Positions 10,100 through 19,891 of a stretch of DNA of 64,000 nucleotides are shown in pieces (position 1 is the stretch's first letter; the number at the start of each line of letters is the position of its first letter). Both the position numbers and the translations under genes were made by a program. Under the pieces are notes generated by a model. That model was given only the letters and a program-made list of their open reading frames with translations, was not told the DNA's origin and did not search any database. The stretch is from Candidatus Omnitrophota bacterium (GTDB lineage: Bacteria > Omnitrophota > Gorgyraeia > Zapsychrales > Zapsychraceae), in assembly GCA_015233495.1 (NCBI GenBank), contig JADFXQ010000005.1, positions 3,066 through 67,065 of the forward strand, written 5' to 3'.

Positions 10100-10693
10100 T
10101 CACAACAGTTTGAAGGAGCGAAATAGGGCATTGACAGACTTGATGTACAGATCGTAATCCGCCAGTGTAGCTACATAGGTGATCTGGTAAGCTTTCCCGT
10201 TTTTTAACGCCCAAACGTGCGTGATTTTTAAATCATAGATGGGGTCCCGGGCGATATAGGTGAATTTAGCGGCAGGAAAACCCGCTAAGGTAAATGGCTC
10301 TTGATCGATGATTTCAATTTTTGCTTTAAATACGGCTTGTAATTGTTTAACTGCCCGGTCTGAATAGACTTCTAAGGACAGGCGCGGGTCAACCCCTTGA
10401 ATCACCACGTTGACATTTTCCGAGAAAGCATCCAGCGCATTTTTTCGCGGTGAATTAAATATCACCGCAGTGTTGTCTTTATTTTCGGTAACTGCCCAAT
10501 CAGACGGATATTTTAGGGCAAACCCATAAGAAGGATTAGCGTAGGATTGATACGTTTTAGCTTCTCTTAACCATAAATAGCCGATGATTCCTAAAATTAC
10601 AGCGCATAATCCGCTTATGAGATAAAGCTGCAAGGCGCTATATTTGTGTTGTATATCTCTCAGCGGGTTGGGGGTTGAAGTATCGGGTGGCAT
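10100..10693 (-). CDS. membrane-anchored protein, possibly PsbP/DcrB-like (DUF1795) fold
   Basis: One N-terminal TM segment followed by a roughly 150-aa periplasmic domain. The family assignment is tentative. Confidence 0.4.
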   Translation of the reverse strand: MPPDTSTPNPLRDIQHKYSALQLYLISGLCAVILGIIGYLWLREAKTYQSYANPSYGFALKYPSDWAVTENKDNTAVIFNSPRKNALDAFSENVNVVIQGVDPRLSLEVYSDRAVKQLQAVFKAKIEIIDQEPFTLAGFPAAKFTYIARDPIYDLKITHVWALKNGKAYQITYVATLADYDLYIKSVNALFRSFKLL

Positions 10694-10708
10694 GGTTTGC
10701 TTTCATGG

Positions 10709-11521
10709 TTATTCGGATGCTGACCAGAGAACTGCCTCTCCCATCCGGCGGACATTTTGCGGCAAACGCAGTTGTTGGGCCGCGTCTTTATCTAAAAGAA
10801 AAAATAATTCATTATTATTTTGGGGAAGAACCTGAGCGGCGGGCGCGTCTAGGGCTCCGGTTAATAAAGCGCGGCTGATGACCGCTTTAGGTTTTCCCTG
10901 AATTAAAAAAATAATGCAAGCGGCATTATTAATCACCGGGAGAGTTAAGCTGATCCGGATTTGGGGAGCAAAAGCGGCCTGGCATACTGTGACGCTGCGG
11001 GAGCGCTCCTCCCAATTTTTATCGTTTGGAAACAGCGATGCCGTATGGCCGTCTTCGCCAACTCCTAAAAGCATGAAATCAAAACGCGGCCACTCCCCCG
11101 CCGGACAACCGAAAAAAGTTTCCAAATGGCCGGCATATTGCGCCGCGGTTTCTTCCGCGGCGGCAGGCGAAGCGTCAAACGTCGCGGAACCGTTTGGCGC
11201 GATAATGGGATGAATATGATCATCCGGTAAAAGATGATCGTCAAACAAATTGTTCTTGAGCAGCCGAAAATTGCTGGCAGGATCCAGAGCCGGCACAAAA
11301 CGTTCGTCAGTTAAAAAAATATGGGTTTTTGACCACAGATCGTGCCGGTCTAAATTAGCCAAGCGGCAATAAAATTCCATAGGGGTTTTGCCGCCGGAAA
11401 GCGCGGCGGTGAATATTCCTCTTTCGCGGATGGCCGCTTCCGCTAAAGCCGTCCATTGCGTTAAGAGATGATTGGTAAGGCTGTAAGGATCTTCAAAAAT
11501 AAGAACCTGACGAGAGGCCAT
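10709..11521 (-). CDS. pgl: 6-phosphogluconolactonase
   Basis: GGKTP, FLTDERFVP and GVGEDGHTASLFP motifs. Confidence 0.85.
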   Translation of the reverse strand: MASRQVLIFEDPYSLTNHLLTQWTALAEAAIRERGIFTAALSGGKTPMEFYCRLANLDRHDLWSKTHIFLTDERFVPALDPASNFRLLKNNLFDDHLLPDDHIHPIIAPNGSATFDASPAAAEETAAQYAGHLETFFGCPAGEWPRFDFMLLGVGEDGHTASLFPNDKNWEERSRSVTVCQAAFAPQIRISLTLPVINNAACIIFLIQGKPKAVISRALLTGALDAPAAQVLPQNNNELFFLLDKDAAQQLRLPQNVRRMGEAVLWSASE

Positions 11522-11524
11522 ATT

Positions 11525-12469
11525 TTATTTCACTTTTCGAGCGATGACTCGTTTCACCGCGGCGATGATGTCCGGGCTTTTCAGATGATAATGCCGCAGG
11601 AGTTCCTCCGGCGATCCTGACTGGCCGAATTGGTCGTCGACCGCGATTATTTCCATAGGGACAGGACATTTTTGCGCCGCGACTTCAGCGACCGCGCTGC
11701 CTAAGCCGCCGGCCCTCTGATGTTCTTCCGCGGTGACAATGGCGCCGGTTTCCGAGACGCATTTTTCAATCATCGCGGCATCGATCGGTTTGATCGTGTG
11801 CATATTGACGACCCGGATATCGATGCCTTCCTGAATCAGATCATCGGCGGCGTTTAAGGCTTCAGAAACCAAACCGCCGCAGGCAATCACGGTCGCGTCT
11901 TTTCCGCCGCGCAAAATGTTTGCTTTGCCCAAAATAAACGGGTCGGATTCTTTGGTGATGATCGGAAACGGCGCGCGGCTGGTGCGCATATAAATCGGCC
12001 CGGGAGTCTCAGCCATTAGGCGGGTGGCTTTGCGCGCTTCAATTACATCCGCGGGGCAAAGCACTTTCATATTCGGTAAAACGCGCAGAATGGCGAGGTC
12101 TTCCAAACATTGCGCGGTAGCGCCGTCTTCGCCTACTGTCACGCCATAATGAGAGCAAACGATTTTAACATTGCATTCGTTGTAGCAGACATCGAGCCGC
12201 AGCATATCATAAGCGCGGTTGGTCAAAAATACGGCAAACGAAGCGATAAAAGGTATATAGCCGGCCATACTCAAACCGGCGGCGGTGCCGACCAAATCCT
12301 GCTCGGCGATGCCGACGGTAAAAAAACGGTTGGGATAAGCGTCACGGAAAAATTCCGCGCGGGTCGCGTCTTCGAGATCCGCGGATAAAACCAGGATTTT
12401 ATTGTTGGATTTTCCGAGCTCGACGATTTCCGAGCCGAATCCGTCACGTGTTGCCGCGATATGAGCCAT
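11525..12469 (-). CDS. transketolase, C-terminal (pyrimidine-binding) subunit
   Basis: 314 aa, homologous to the Pyr and C-terminal domains of transketolase. Paired with the N-terminal subunit gene upstream (split tkt). Confidence 0.85.
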   Translation of the reverse strand: MAHIAATRDGFGSEIVELGKSNNKILVLSADLEDATRAEFFRDAYPNRFFTVGIAEQDLVGTAAGLSMAGYIPFIASFAVFLTNRAYDMLRLDVCYNECNVKIVCSHYGVTVGEDGATAQCLEDLAILRVLPNMKVLCPADVIEARKATRLMAETPGPIYMRTSRAPFPIITKESDPFILGKANILRGGKDATVIACGGLVSEALNAADDLIQEGIDIRVVNMHTIKPIDAAMIEKCVSETGAIVTAEEHQRAGGLGSAVAEVAAQKCPVPMEIIAVDDQFGQSGSPEELLRHYHLKSPDIIAAVKRVIARKVK

Positions 12470-12486
12470 AAGTCTGGGTTTCCCTT

Positions 12487-13305
12487 TTAGTTTAATTCCG
12501 CTAATGCGGTTTTTAATTGTTCTTCATTTGGCGCTTTACCATGCCATTTCGCTTCGCCTTCCATAAAAGAAACGCCTTTGCCTTTTATGGTATGAGCGAT
12601 GATCGCCAAGGGTTTGTTTTTGGTTTTGCCTAATTTTTGGAAAGCCTCCAGCAAGCTGGGGAAATTGTGTCCGATCGCTTCCACCGTGTGCCAGCCAAAA
12701 CTCCGCCATTTATCGGCGAGCGGTTCCAGATTTTTGATCTCATTGGTCGGCCCGTTTTCCTGCACTTTATTATAATCAATAATGGCGCAAACATTGTCTA
12801 ATTCGCGGTGGCTGGCAGTCATCGCGGCTTCCCAAACCGAACCCTCCTGGATCTCGCCGTCACCCAACAGGCAATACGTTTTGTAGCGTTTATTCTGCAT
12901 TTTTGCGGCTATTGCCAGGCCATTCGCGACGGATAGACCGTGTCCTAATGATCCGGTGCTGAATTCCACACCCGGCACCTTTCTATAAACATGGCCTTGC
13001 AGCAGGCCGCCGAATTTCCGGTATAATTTGTATTCGTCTTTTGAAAAATATTTTTGGTTAGCTAAAGTCACGTATACAGCCGGGGAAATGTGCCCTTTTG
13101 AAACAATCAACCGATCGCGGTCTTCCCAGAGAGGGTTAGCCGGATCATGGTTCATCTGACAGGAATACAAAGTCAATAAGATTTCGACCGCGGACAAAGA
13201 CCCGCCAGGATGTCCGCACTTGGCGGCGTTGGTTAATTCTAAAATTTCCCGGCGGTACAATTTTGCCTGACTCTTGAGAAATTCGATGTCGGTTGTTTTA
13301 GACAC
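12487..13305 (-). CDS. transketolase, N-terminal (TPP-binding) subunit
   Basis: GHPGGSLS and GDGEIQEGSVWEA TPP-binding motifs. Confidence 0.85.
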   Translation of the reverse strand: MSKTTDIEFLKSQAKLYRREILELTNAAKCGHPGGSLSAVEILLTLYSCQMNHDPANPLWEDRDRLIVSKGHISPAVYVTLANQKYFSKDEYKLYRKFGGLLQGHVYRKVPGVEFSTGSLGHGLSVANGLAIAAKMQNKRYKTYCLLGDGEIQEGSVWEAAMTASHRELDNVCAIIDYNKVQENGPTNEIKNLEPLADKWRSFGWHTVEAIGHNFPSLLEAFQKLGKTKNKPLAIIAHTIKGKGVSFMEGEAKWHGKAPNEEQLKTALAELN

Positions 13306-13340
13306 GTTAAACTCGCTTTGGTTATTTGTTGATAAAAGTC

Positions 13341-14615
13341 TTATTCGAAAAATAAATGTTTAAGATTCATGACGTCGCGGTAGGGAACAACTCCCAACAT
13401 TTTTCCGAACGCATCCGTGATCGGCAGAGCGCGGAAACCATAGCGGGCGAACATCTCTGAGGCAGATTTTAAGGTGCTGTCCGTGTTCAAGCTGATAACT
13501 TTGCTCGTCATGAAATTTTGTAAAAGTTCGCTCTCTTGCGCGCGCAGCAATTCTTTTAAGTGGATGACGCCTAATAACATATCCGCGGGATCAAGGATAT
13601 AAAGATAAATAATACAATCCTTATCTTTAGCGGATTGCAGATATTCTTGCCGGACTTGCCCGGCCGTCACATCCGGGGAAAAGCGTAAAAAATCCGAAAC
13701 CGCGAAATGGATGGCCCGTTCTTCTTGCATTTCCAGAATGCCCCGGATTTTCGCGGCGTTTTTATTATCAAGTAATTTTAAAATGGCGTCGACTTCCCAC
13801 CAGGGCAAGATTGACAGAATATCCGCGGCTTGTCCCGGAGTCATCTCATTGATCAAGAGCGCGGCCTTGTCTTTTTTGAGCGATCCGATCAAGTCGCGTT
13901 GATACCGCGGATCCAATTCTTCCAGGGTGTCGGACGCGTGTTCGGTTTCCAACTCGGAAAATAAGGCCACCCGCTGCTCCGGGTCAAGTTCTTCCAAAAT
14001 ATCCGCCAAATCCATGGGCTGCATTTCCGAAAGCCGCTCCTTGAGGATTTTTAATTTCAGGTCGCCTTTAAAACTGCTGATATTTTCCGGCAAACGTTGG
14101 ACATAATTCCAGGATACGGTTTGACTGCGGATTTTTTCTGCTAGTTTATAAATAAAATTCGCCAGCCATTTTAAACCGACGCGGCGCAGCAACCCATAAC
14201 GGCTGAGGTCCACGTCGATGACGAATAGTTTTTTATTGCTCAAGAACATTTTAACGTCATAAACAACTTCCACTTCCCTTCCATCCACGTCCAAGACTTT
14301 TTTATCCAAGATGTGGTCGCGCAGCAGCACGCTGCCTTCCGCGGGTTCGCCGATGTAAGGCTCAAAGGAAGCGATGTCGATTTCAACATCTTTTATCCCG
14401 AACAATTTCACTTTATCCCAGGGGATCAGCAAGGACGGTTCCCCAAACGGCCGCGAGACCAGAATATGCGTTATTTCGGCAATTTTATCTTTGTCGATAA
14501 TCTGAAAATCGTCTAACTTGCCGATTTTATTGCCGGAATTGATGACCGGGATATCGGTGATTTCGCTTAAGAAAAAGGTTTGATCCACCGGAGTCGGCCG
14601 GGCTGTGGTGTTCAT
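13341..14615 (-). CDS. soluble PRC-barrel / MgtE_N / tandem CBS domain protein (MgtE-like cytoplasmic Mg2+-sensor architecture without a channel domain)
   Basis: N-terminal PRC-barrel-like repeats (VLDVDGREVEVVYDV). MgtE_N acidic helical region (DLADILEELDPEQRVALFSELETEHASDTLEELDP...PGQAADILSILP). Two C-terminal CBS motifs. No TM segments. Confidence 0.7.
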   Translation of the reverse strand: MNTTARPTPVDQTFFLSEITDIPVINSGNKIGKLDDFQIIDKDKIAEITHILVSRPFGEPSLLIPWDKVKLFGIKDVEIDIASFEPYIGEPAEGSVLLRDHILDKKVLDVDGREVEVVYDVKMFLSNKKLFVIDVDLSRYGLLRRVGLKWLANFIYKLAEKIRSQTVSWNYVQRLPENISSFKGDLKLKILKERLSEMQPMDLADILEELDPEQRVALFSELETEHASDTLEELDPRYQRDLIGSLKKDKAALLINEMTPGQAADILSILPWWEVDAILKLLDNKNAAKIRGILEMQEERAIHFAVSDFLRFSPDVTAGQVRQEYLQSAKDKDCIIYLYILDPADMLLGVIHLKELLRAQESELLQNFMTSKVISLNTDSTLKSASEMFARYGFRALPITDAFGKMLGVVPYRDVMNLKHLFFE

Positions 14616-14619
14616 CAGT

Positions 14620-14811
14620 TTATTTTCCTAACAAGGTGTAGAATTTAAAAAATAAAATTCCGACAAGCAAAATGAGATAAAGCCGTAAAGTGATCAAAGC
14701 AAACCGGACAAACGGCGTCATTTTGATTTGGGGTTTAGCGTATTTGTGATTGATTTCCTGCACGGATTCTATCGCGTCTTTAAAAACATTACGTATAAAA
14801 AAACCAGCCAT
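14620..14811 (-). CDS. small membrane protein (63 aa), unknown; lies between the NRAMP-like and MgtE_N/CBS genes
   Basis: Basic N-terminus, one or two hydrophobic helices, tight spacing within the operon. Confidence 0.4.
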   Translation of the reverse strand: MAGFFIRNVFKDAIESVQEINHKYAKPQIKMTPFVRFALITLRLYLILLVGILFFKFYTLLGK

Positions 14812-14825
14812 AGAGCAAAGTCCCT

Positions 14826-16097
14826 TTATTTAAATATCTCCGGAAATAAAGCCGTCAAGCCGTACAGCGTTGAAACGATAATAATGAACACCACGATGCC
14901 GACATTGATAATGTTTTGTAAAAGGGTGTTTTTATACTTTCCCATCAACTCATCATTATTGAGCAAAAGAATCAAAAATACAAGCGCCGCCGGTAAAAGC
15001 GTGACTGCGATGACCTGAACGAACAGCGTGATCAGCACCAAAGGCGCGCCGGGGATGAGCACCACAGTTCCGGCGGTCAACAAAGCAAAGAAATAAAAAG
15101 CGTAAAACCAGGGTGCCTCGCGGACATTGGCGTTAAGGGAATGCGCCCAGCCAAAAACTTCTCCGAAGGCCCAAGAACTGGCTAAAGAAATACAAACCGC
15201 GCCGAGCAAGCCGGCGTTGAACAGGCCGATCGCTAAAAGCGTGCCGAGGAATTTATTAACGCTCATCAGCTGAATCGCGGCTTGTGCCGCGCTGTCAATC
15301 GGCACGCCGTATAAAACTGTGCCTGTGACCACAATACAAAAAGCGGCGACCATAATCGTGAAAAACGAACCGATTGCCGTGTCGACCTTGCCCCAAACAA
15401 TATCTTTTTCTTTGACGTTTTTATCGACCACTGCGCTTTGTTGAAAAAAGACCATCCAGGGAGCAATCGTGGTCCCGATGTTTGCCATGAGCAAAAAGAA
15501 AATTTGATTCGTAAACCCGCCCGGCGGCAAATGCGGCACAAAACTATTGTATAAAACATCCGGCACGGATGGGTTCACCATAAACGCAGCGGGAATATAA
15601 ATCAGGTTTAAAGCGCAGAAACCCATGACAATTTTTTCCCAAGTCCAGTATTTCCCCTGCAAAACCATAAAGCCCATCAGGGCGGACACCGCGAGCACCG
15701 TGATGACCGGCGGGACATGGAAAATGCTCAAGGCCGCGGTCATGCCGATGAATTCCGTGACCAAGGTCAGCCAATCCGTGAGGATGAGGTCGAGCAAGGA
15801 AAACCAGCCCCAAAACGGGCCGAACCCCTGAAAAATCGCTTCCGCGTGGCCGCGTTTGGTGACCGCGCCGAGTCGCACGGTCATCTCCTGGACAAAATAA
15901 GCGATGAACCCCAGAACAACCAGAAACCACAAAAAATGATATTTATATTGAGCGCCGGTCACGGCGTAAGTGGTGATCCCGCCCGCGTCATTGTCGGCGA
16001 TCATCACAATGATCCCCGGCCCGGCGAGGAGTAAATAAAGTTTCAGACCTTTAAAAAATTTACGGTATTCGTAAAAACTTTTGGCGAAAATATTCAT
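14826..16097 (-). CDS. NRAMP (SLC11) family transporter with non-canonical metal-site motifs, NRMT-like
   Basis: 11-12 TM segments. The TM1 motif reads ADNDAGG where canonical Mn/Fe NRAMPs have DPGN. The TM6 motif reads IAPWMVF where they have MPH. Confidence 0.75.
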   Translation of the reverse strand: MNIFAKSFYEYRKFFKGLKLYLLLAGPGIIVMIADNDAGGITTYAVTGAQYKYHFLWFLVVLGFIAYFVQEMTVRLGAVTKRGHAEAIFQGFGPFWGWFSLLDLILTDWLTLVTEFIGMTAALSIFHVPPVITVLAVSALMGFMVLQGKYWTWEKIVMGFCALNLIYIPAAFMVNPSVPDVLYNSFVPHLPPGGFTNQIFFLLMANIGTTIAPWMVFFQQSAVVDKNVKEKDIVWGKVDTAIGSFFTIMVAAFCIVVTGTVLYGVPIDSAAQAAIQLMSVNKFLGTLLAIGLFNAGLLGAVCISLASSWAFGEVFGWAHSLNANVREAPWFYAFYFFALLTAGTVVLIPGAPLVLITLFVQVIAVTLLPAALVFLILLLNNDELMGKYKNTLLQNIINVGIVVFIIIVSTLYGLTALFPEIFK

Positions 16098-16243
16098 AAA
16101 GCGAAGGAAATCAAAACAGATTGGCTTTCGATTTTAACCACGAGAGGATAACAGAAAAAATCCGGCGTGTAAACCAAAAATCAGGAAAAATAGCCACAAA
16201 ATGCGGGCTATACTACAAAGCAGCCTGACTTGAATCGAAAAAA

Positions 16244-16801
16244 CTACCAACCTAAAATCAGGAAATAAAAGAAATAAAAAATGATCCAAAAAGCTGAAAA
16301 TATCGCTCCTTTTTTTGTCGGCCATTGTTGAACACATTTGTTCCCGGAAAAGTCGATGATCTGGGCGATAAAAATGCCCACTAAAAAACGAGTAGCTCGC
16401 GCTAAAATGGAAAAGAAGAGAAATAGAGTTATATTGCCGGAGAGTCTTCCCCACTCCGCAGCGTAAATTTTATATGGGATGCCCCGAAACATCCCGTTAA
16501 ACACACTGATGAGACCGGATTCGCGCAAATGTCCCGCGACTTGGTTGACCATGTTCGCAGAAATCCCGGGTGTCCTGTCCAGACGCAAGGTTAGTTGCGG
16601 CATAGGGGTTTGCTTCCCGACAAAATACATCAGTAAACCGCCGGAGAGAGCTCCGAGAACCGCCCACATCACAGCTCGATATGCCATTTTGCGGTTGGGT
16701 AAAAAGAATGCCAATCCGGTAAGCCAGACGTCCGGCACGATGAAAAAAAACGTCCCTTCGGCCAGCCCCCATAAATAAGGAATGAAAACAGTTGCGATCA
16801 T
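16244..16801 (-). CDS. DedA/YqaA-like (SNARE-associated) membrane protein, tentative
   Basis: 185-aa polytopic protein. The WGLAEGTFFFIVPD...GALSGGLLMYFVGK pattern resembles the YqaA/DedA re-entrant motif region. Directly upstream of plsC. Confidence 0.4.
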   Translation of the reverse strand: MIATVFIPYLWGLAEGTFFFIVPDVWLTGLAFFLPNRKMAYRAVMWAVLGALSGGLLMYFVGKQTPMPQLTLRLDRTPGISANMVNQVAGHLRESGLISVFNGMFRGIPYKIYAAEWGRLSGNITLFLFFSILARATRFLVGIFIAQIIDFSGNKCVQQWPTKKGAIFSAFWIIFYFFYFLILGW

Positions 16802-17448
16802 GATCGATTTTCCTTAAGCCGAATTACGGCTTCGCGCAATTGTTTTACAGCCGTATCTTTCGGGCCTTCCAGGGCAATCGGTTGTCCGATATGAACTTCG
16901 CAAAAAAAAGGCAATAAAATTAACTCTCCTTTTGGCAGGGCGCGGTACATATTGTTTAAATACACCGGGATGATAGGAATATTGCCGTGTTCTTTGATGA
17001 GGTGGACGACGCCGGCATGAAAGGGCCCGATCGTGCCGTCTTTTGACCGCGTGCCTTCCGGAAAGATAATCAAAACATTTTTTTGCTTCAAGGCATCTTT
17101 CAGTTTATCTATGGGATTGCATTCCCGGTTAATATGGGCTCGTTCAATGGACAAGATATTAAAAAAGGTGTGCGCGAGCCAGGAAACGAAAGGATTTTTT
17201 TCAAAATAGTCAGCCGCTGCCACAGGACGCACTTTTCCTAATCGGTGTATGGGAAATAAACTTAATAACGCGGCAGTATCCAGATGGCTGGAATGATTAG
17301 CGATCAAAATATAAGGTGTTGAAAGGGGTAAATTCTCCCGCCCATAGATCCGTAGACCGATAAAAATATATAACACCGGCCGCAAGATAAAAATGAAAAA
17401 TAATACGCGCAGAATGTTCCGCATATCAATAATAAAAATACCGGACAA
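16798..17448 (-). CDS. plsC: 1-acyl-sn-glycerol-3-phosphate acyltransferase
   Basis: HSSHLD (HxxxxD) and FPEGTRS motifs. Confidence 0.85.
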   Translation of the reverse strand: MSGIFIIDMRNILRVLFFIFILRPVLYIFIGLRIYGRENLPLSTPYILIANHSSHLDTAALLSLFPIHRLGKVRPVAAADYFEKNPFVSWLAHTFFNILSIERAHINRECNPIDKLKDALKQKNVLIIFPEGTRSKDGTIGPFHAGVVHLIKEHGNIPIIPVYLNNMYRALPKGELILLPFFCEVHIGQPIALEGPKDTAVKQLREAVIRLKENRS

Positions 17449-18388
17449 GATGAAAAAATATCGGGGCTGTATAACACAAAGAGTCGGCGCGATCTAAAGC
17501 GCCTCCGTGTCCGGGGATAAAATTGCTGAAATCTTTGATCCCGACGTCGCGTTTGATCGCGGACATGACAACATCGCCGAAAAATCCCAATACTCCGATG
17601 ATGAAGCCGAAAAATAAAGTTTCCTCGACGTTAAAAGGCGTTAAAAATCTTAAAAAAAGAGAACAAAGAGTTGTTGTGATTACACCGCCCCAAAAACCTT
17701 CAGACGTTTTCTTCGGGCTGACGCCTGGTATGATTTTACGGCGCCCGACGGCTTTTCCCCAAAGATATTGAAAGACATCATTCATCTCGGTCGCAATGAC
17801 TAAAAAAAGCAGCAATGTGGCGCCGTTGACCCTGCCAGAGTTGATAGCCGGCATTTTTGATAAAAATGCCAAGTGGCTTAAGCCGAACACAAAAGCCATC
17901 AACCCCCATTGAATAGCAGATGTCGAAGATAAAAATCCTTTGGGTTCTTCCGTTAAAACAAGGCGTATCGGGATAAACAAAAACATATAAACAGGAATAA
18001 AAATAATGAACATCCCGTACCAACCGATCGAAACAAAATAATATTGAGCCGGAATGCAGAGAAATGCCCAAAATAAAGCCCGGTGATCAGCGCGCCGGGT
18101 ATCAAGAATCGTAACAAATTCTTTAAAAACCATAAAACTCAAGAGGGCAAAAAATATGATCGTTATAGAACGGTTGACGACTACTGCGGCAAAGAAAAAA
18201 AATGCCATGATCCACCATGCGCGAACGCGGTCTTTCAATTCCGTGATATTGAAGGAAATGATGTGGCGAGATAAAAATTCTATGAGCGCGGAAGACAAGA
18301 GCAAAACACAAAAAATCATCAAACCGGCCAGTGACAGGGAAGACAGAATAGGATCCGTAATGCCCCTCATAGATTCGCCTCCTTCCAA
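17426..18388 (-). CDS. cdsA: phosphatidate cytidylyltransferase
   Basis: SPKKTSEGFWGG and GHGGALDRADS signature, with an extended N-terminal TM region. Confidence 0.85.
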   Translation of the reverse strand: MEGGESMRGITDPILSSLSLAGLMIFCVLLLSSALIEFLSRHIISFNITELKDRVRAWWIMAFFFFAAVVVNRSITIIFFALLSFMVFKEFVTILDTRRADHRALFWAFLCIPAQYYFVSIGWYGMFIIFIPVYMFLFIPIRLVLTEEPKGFLSSTSAIQWGLMAFVFGLSHLAFLSKMPAINSGRVNGATLLLFLVIATEMNDVFQYLWGKAVGRRKIIPGVSPKKTSEGFWGGVITTTLCSLFLRFLTPFNVEETLFFGFIIGVLGFFGDVVMSAIKRDVGIKDFSNFIPGHGGALDRADSLCYTAPIFFHLVRYFYY

Positions 18389-19002
18389 ATCGCAGTTAAA
18401 CGGTTAAGGCATGTTACAAGTGTTAGAGCAGCTGCGATGGCAAAGAATATTTTCCAATAATGAATCGTTGCCGGGTAGAAAAAAACTATAACGATTAGCA
18501 ATCCGGTAAAAAAAGCCCGATCGCTTTTGCCCATGGGACCTTCGTAATGACGGTGCGCTTTCAATGCAGGCCCAAGCAGACCGCAAAATTCCGTAAAAAT
18601 CCCTCCTAAAATAAAAAATAATATCGGGAATTCAGCCGATGGACATAGAATAAGAAATGGAATAAAAAGAGCAGCATCGGAAACAAGATCGCCGATCTCG
18701 TTTAAAATCAGTCCGAGCCGAGATTGCAATTTAAATTCCCTGGCCATCATACCATCGAGAGCATTTAATGCCATCCGGATAAAAAGCCAAACAGGGAATA
18801 TGAGAATTTTAACATTATCCATAGAAACCAAGGTCATCAGAAAACCTACGCAAATAGACCCCCCAACGGCCGATAAAGTCAAACCATTGGGGGTAATTTT
18901 CAGATCATGTAAAAAAAACATGACCGGACGCATGAGATTTTGAAACGCTGGTTTTAGGTTATAAATACTCGGCACCGTCACTCCCTTCACTGACAGATTC
19001 AA
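18367..19002 (-). CDS. CDP-alcohol phosphatidyltransferase family protein (PgsA/Pss-like)
   Basis: DGMMAREFKLQSRLG...EIGDLVSD motif (DGxxAR...G...D...D). Confidence 0.8.
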   Translation of the reverse strand: MNLSVKGVTVPSIYNLKPAFQNLMRPVMFFLHDLKITPNGLTLSAVGGSICVGFLMTLVSMDNVKILIFPVWLFIRMALNALDGMMAREFKLQSRLGLILNEIGDLVSDAALFIPFLILCPSAEFPILFFILGGIFTEFCGLLGPALKAHRHYEGPMGKSDRAFFTGLLIVIVFFYPATIHYWKIFFAIAAALTLVTCLNRLTAIWKEANL

Positions 19003-19006
19003 AAGA

Positions 19007-19687
19007 TTAAGAACATGCCCGAAAAACTTCCCGCGGCCCTAATTTTGTGTCTTTCGGCACGATCGCGCCGGCCGGGACAATCGCGTTGTCGCCGATTTCC
19101 ACGCCGGGCATGATGACCGAATTGAGACCGATCAAGGCGTTTGCGCCGATTTTTACTTTTTTGAGTTTAAGGCCTTTGCGCTCAAAGATGTGACAGATGA
19201 CCGTTGCGTTGCCGCCGATGACGGCGTTGTCACCGATTTCCAATAAGGAAAGATCCGCCACGTTTTTGGAATTGATTTGCACGTTGTACCCCAGCTTCGC
19301 GCCCATCATGCGGTAGAACAAGCTGGCAAACGGGGTCAATAACATGAAGTCCATAAAAAAGGCTTTTACGGCTTGCACTAAGGCATTGAGAAAAAACCAT
19401 TTCAGCATTTCGCTGTCTTTAAAACCATAGTACCCTTCTTTCAGCCGCAGTTGTAAGACAATGTTGAGCAGCCCGACGAGCAACAGCAGTATGATCCCAA
19501 ACAGAAAAAATCCGCCGGCCATGCCCAAGCCGAGCATCAGGGCCCGGGCCAGAATGTCCCAACCCGCAGTCCAGCGGAGCAGGTTTAAAAACAGCATTAA
19601 GCTTGGCACAAGCGACAGGCCAACGACCATAGTGCCTAAAAAATATAGGCAGAGAACAATAATGCTTTGGATAATGGCAATGATCAT
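19007..19687 (-). CDS. membrane-anchored hexapeptide-repeat (LbH) acyl/acetyltransferase
   Basis: Three N-terminal TM helices followed by [LIV]G-x4 hexapeptide repeats (IGDNAVIGGNATV...IGANALIGLNSVIMPGVEIGDNAIV). Start moved to ATG 19685-19687, preceded by a GGAGGGA ribosome-binding site. The track start at 19786 lies inside repeat copy A. Confidence 0.7.
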   Translation of the reverse strand: MIIAIIQSIIVLCLYFLGTMVVGLSLVPSLMLFLNLLRWTAGWDILARALMLGLGMAGGFFLFGIILLLLVGLLNIVLQLRLKEGYYGFKDSEMLKWFFLNALVQAVKAFFMDFMLLTPFASLFYRMMGAKLGYNVQINSKNVADLSLLEIGDNAVIGGNATVICHIFERKGLKLKKVKIGANALIGLNSVIMPGVEIGDNAIVPAGAIVPKDTKLGPREVFRACS

Positions 19688-19740
19688 CTGATTCCCTCCT
19701 AACCCTATATGTGTAAACTTGATGCTTACTACGGCTTTTT

Positions 19741-19814
19741 GTAGGGGCGCCCCTCGTGGGCGCCCGTCGTCCTGGCGCGGCCGCACAACGGGCGCCCACG
19801 AGGGGCGCCCCTAC
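19741..19814. repeat. GC-rich palindromic element, copy A (inverted orientation): GTAGGGGCGCCCCTCGTGGGCGCCCG-N22-CGGGCGCCCACGAGGGGCGCCCCTAC
   Basis: A perfect 26-bp inverted repeat read directly from the sequence. The loop is the reverse complement of the loop in copies B-D. Confidence 0.9.
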
Positions 19815-19891
19815 ATCATTTAACAGGACATTGCAATTTTCACATAGCAACAAGTATTTTATATCAGCTGTATGAGCCGCTCGTAATCGTA

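Noticed and set aside
11525-13305. Transketolase split into two ORFs; considered as a possible pseudogene
   Set aside because: Separate N- and C-terminal subunit genes are a well-known normal arrangement in many bacteria and archaea. Both ORFs are intact.
16134-16454. 106-aa ORF overlapping the DedA-like gene's 3' end
   Set aside because: It overlaps a better-supported gene, carries no recognisable motif, and is likely spurious.
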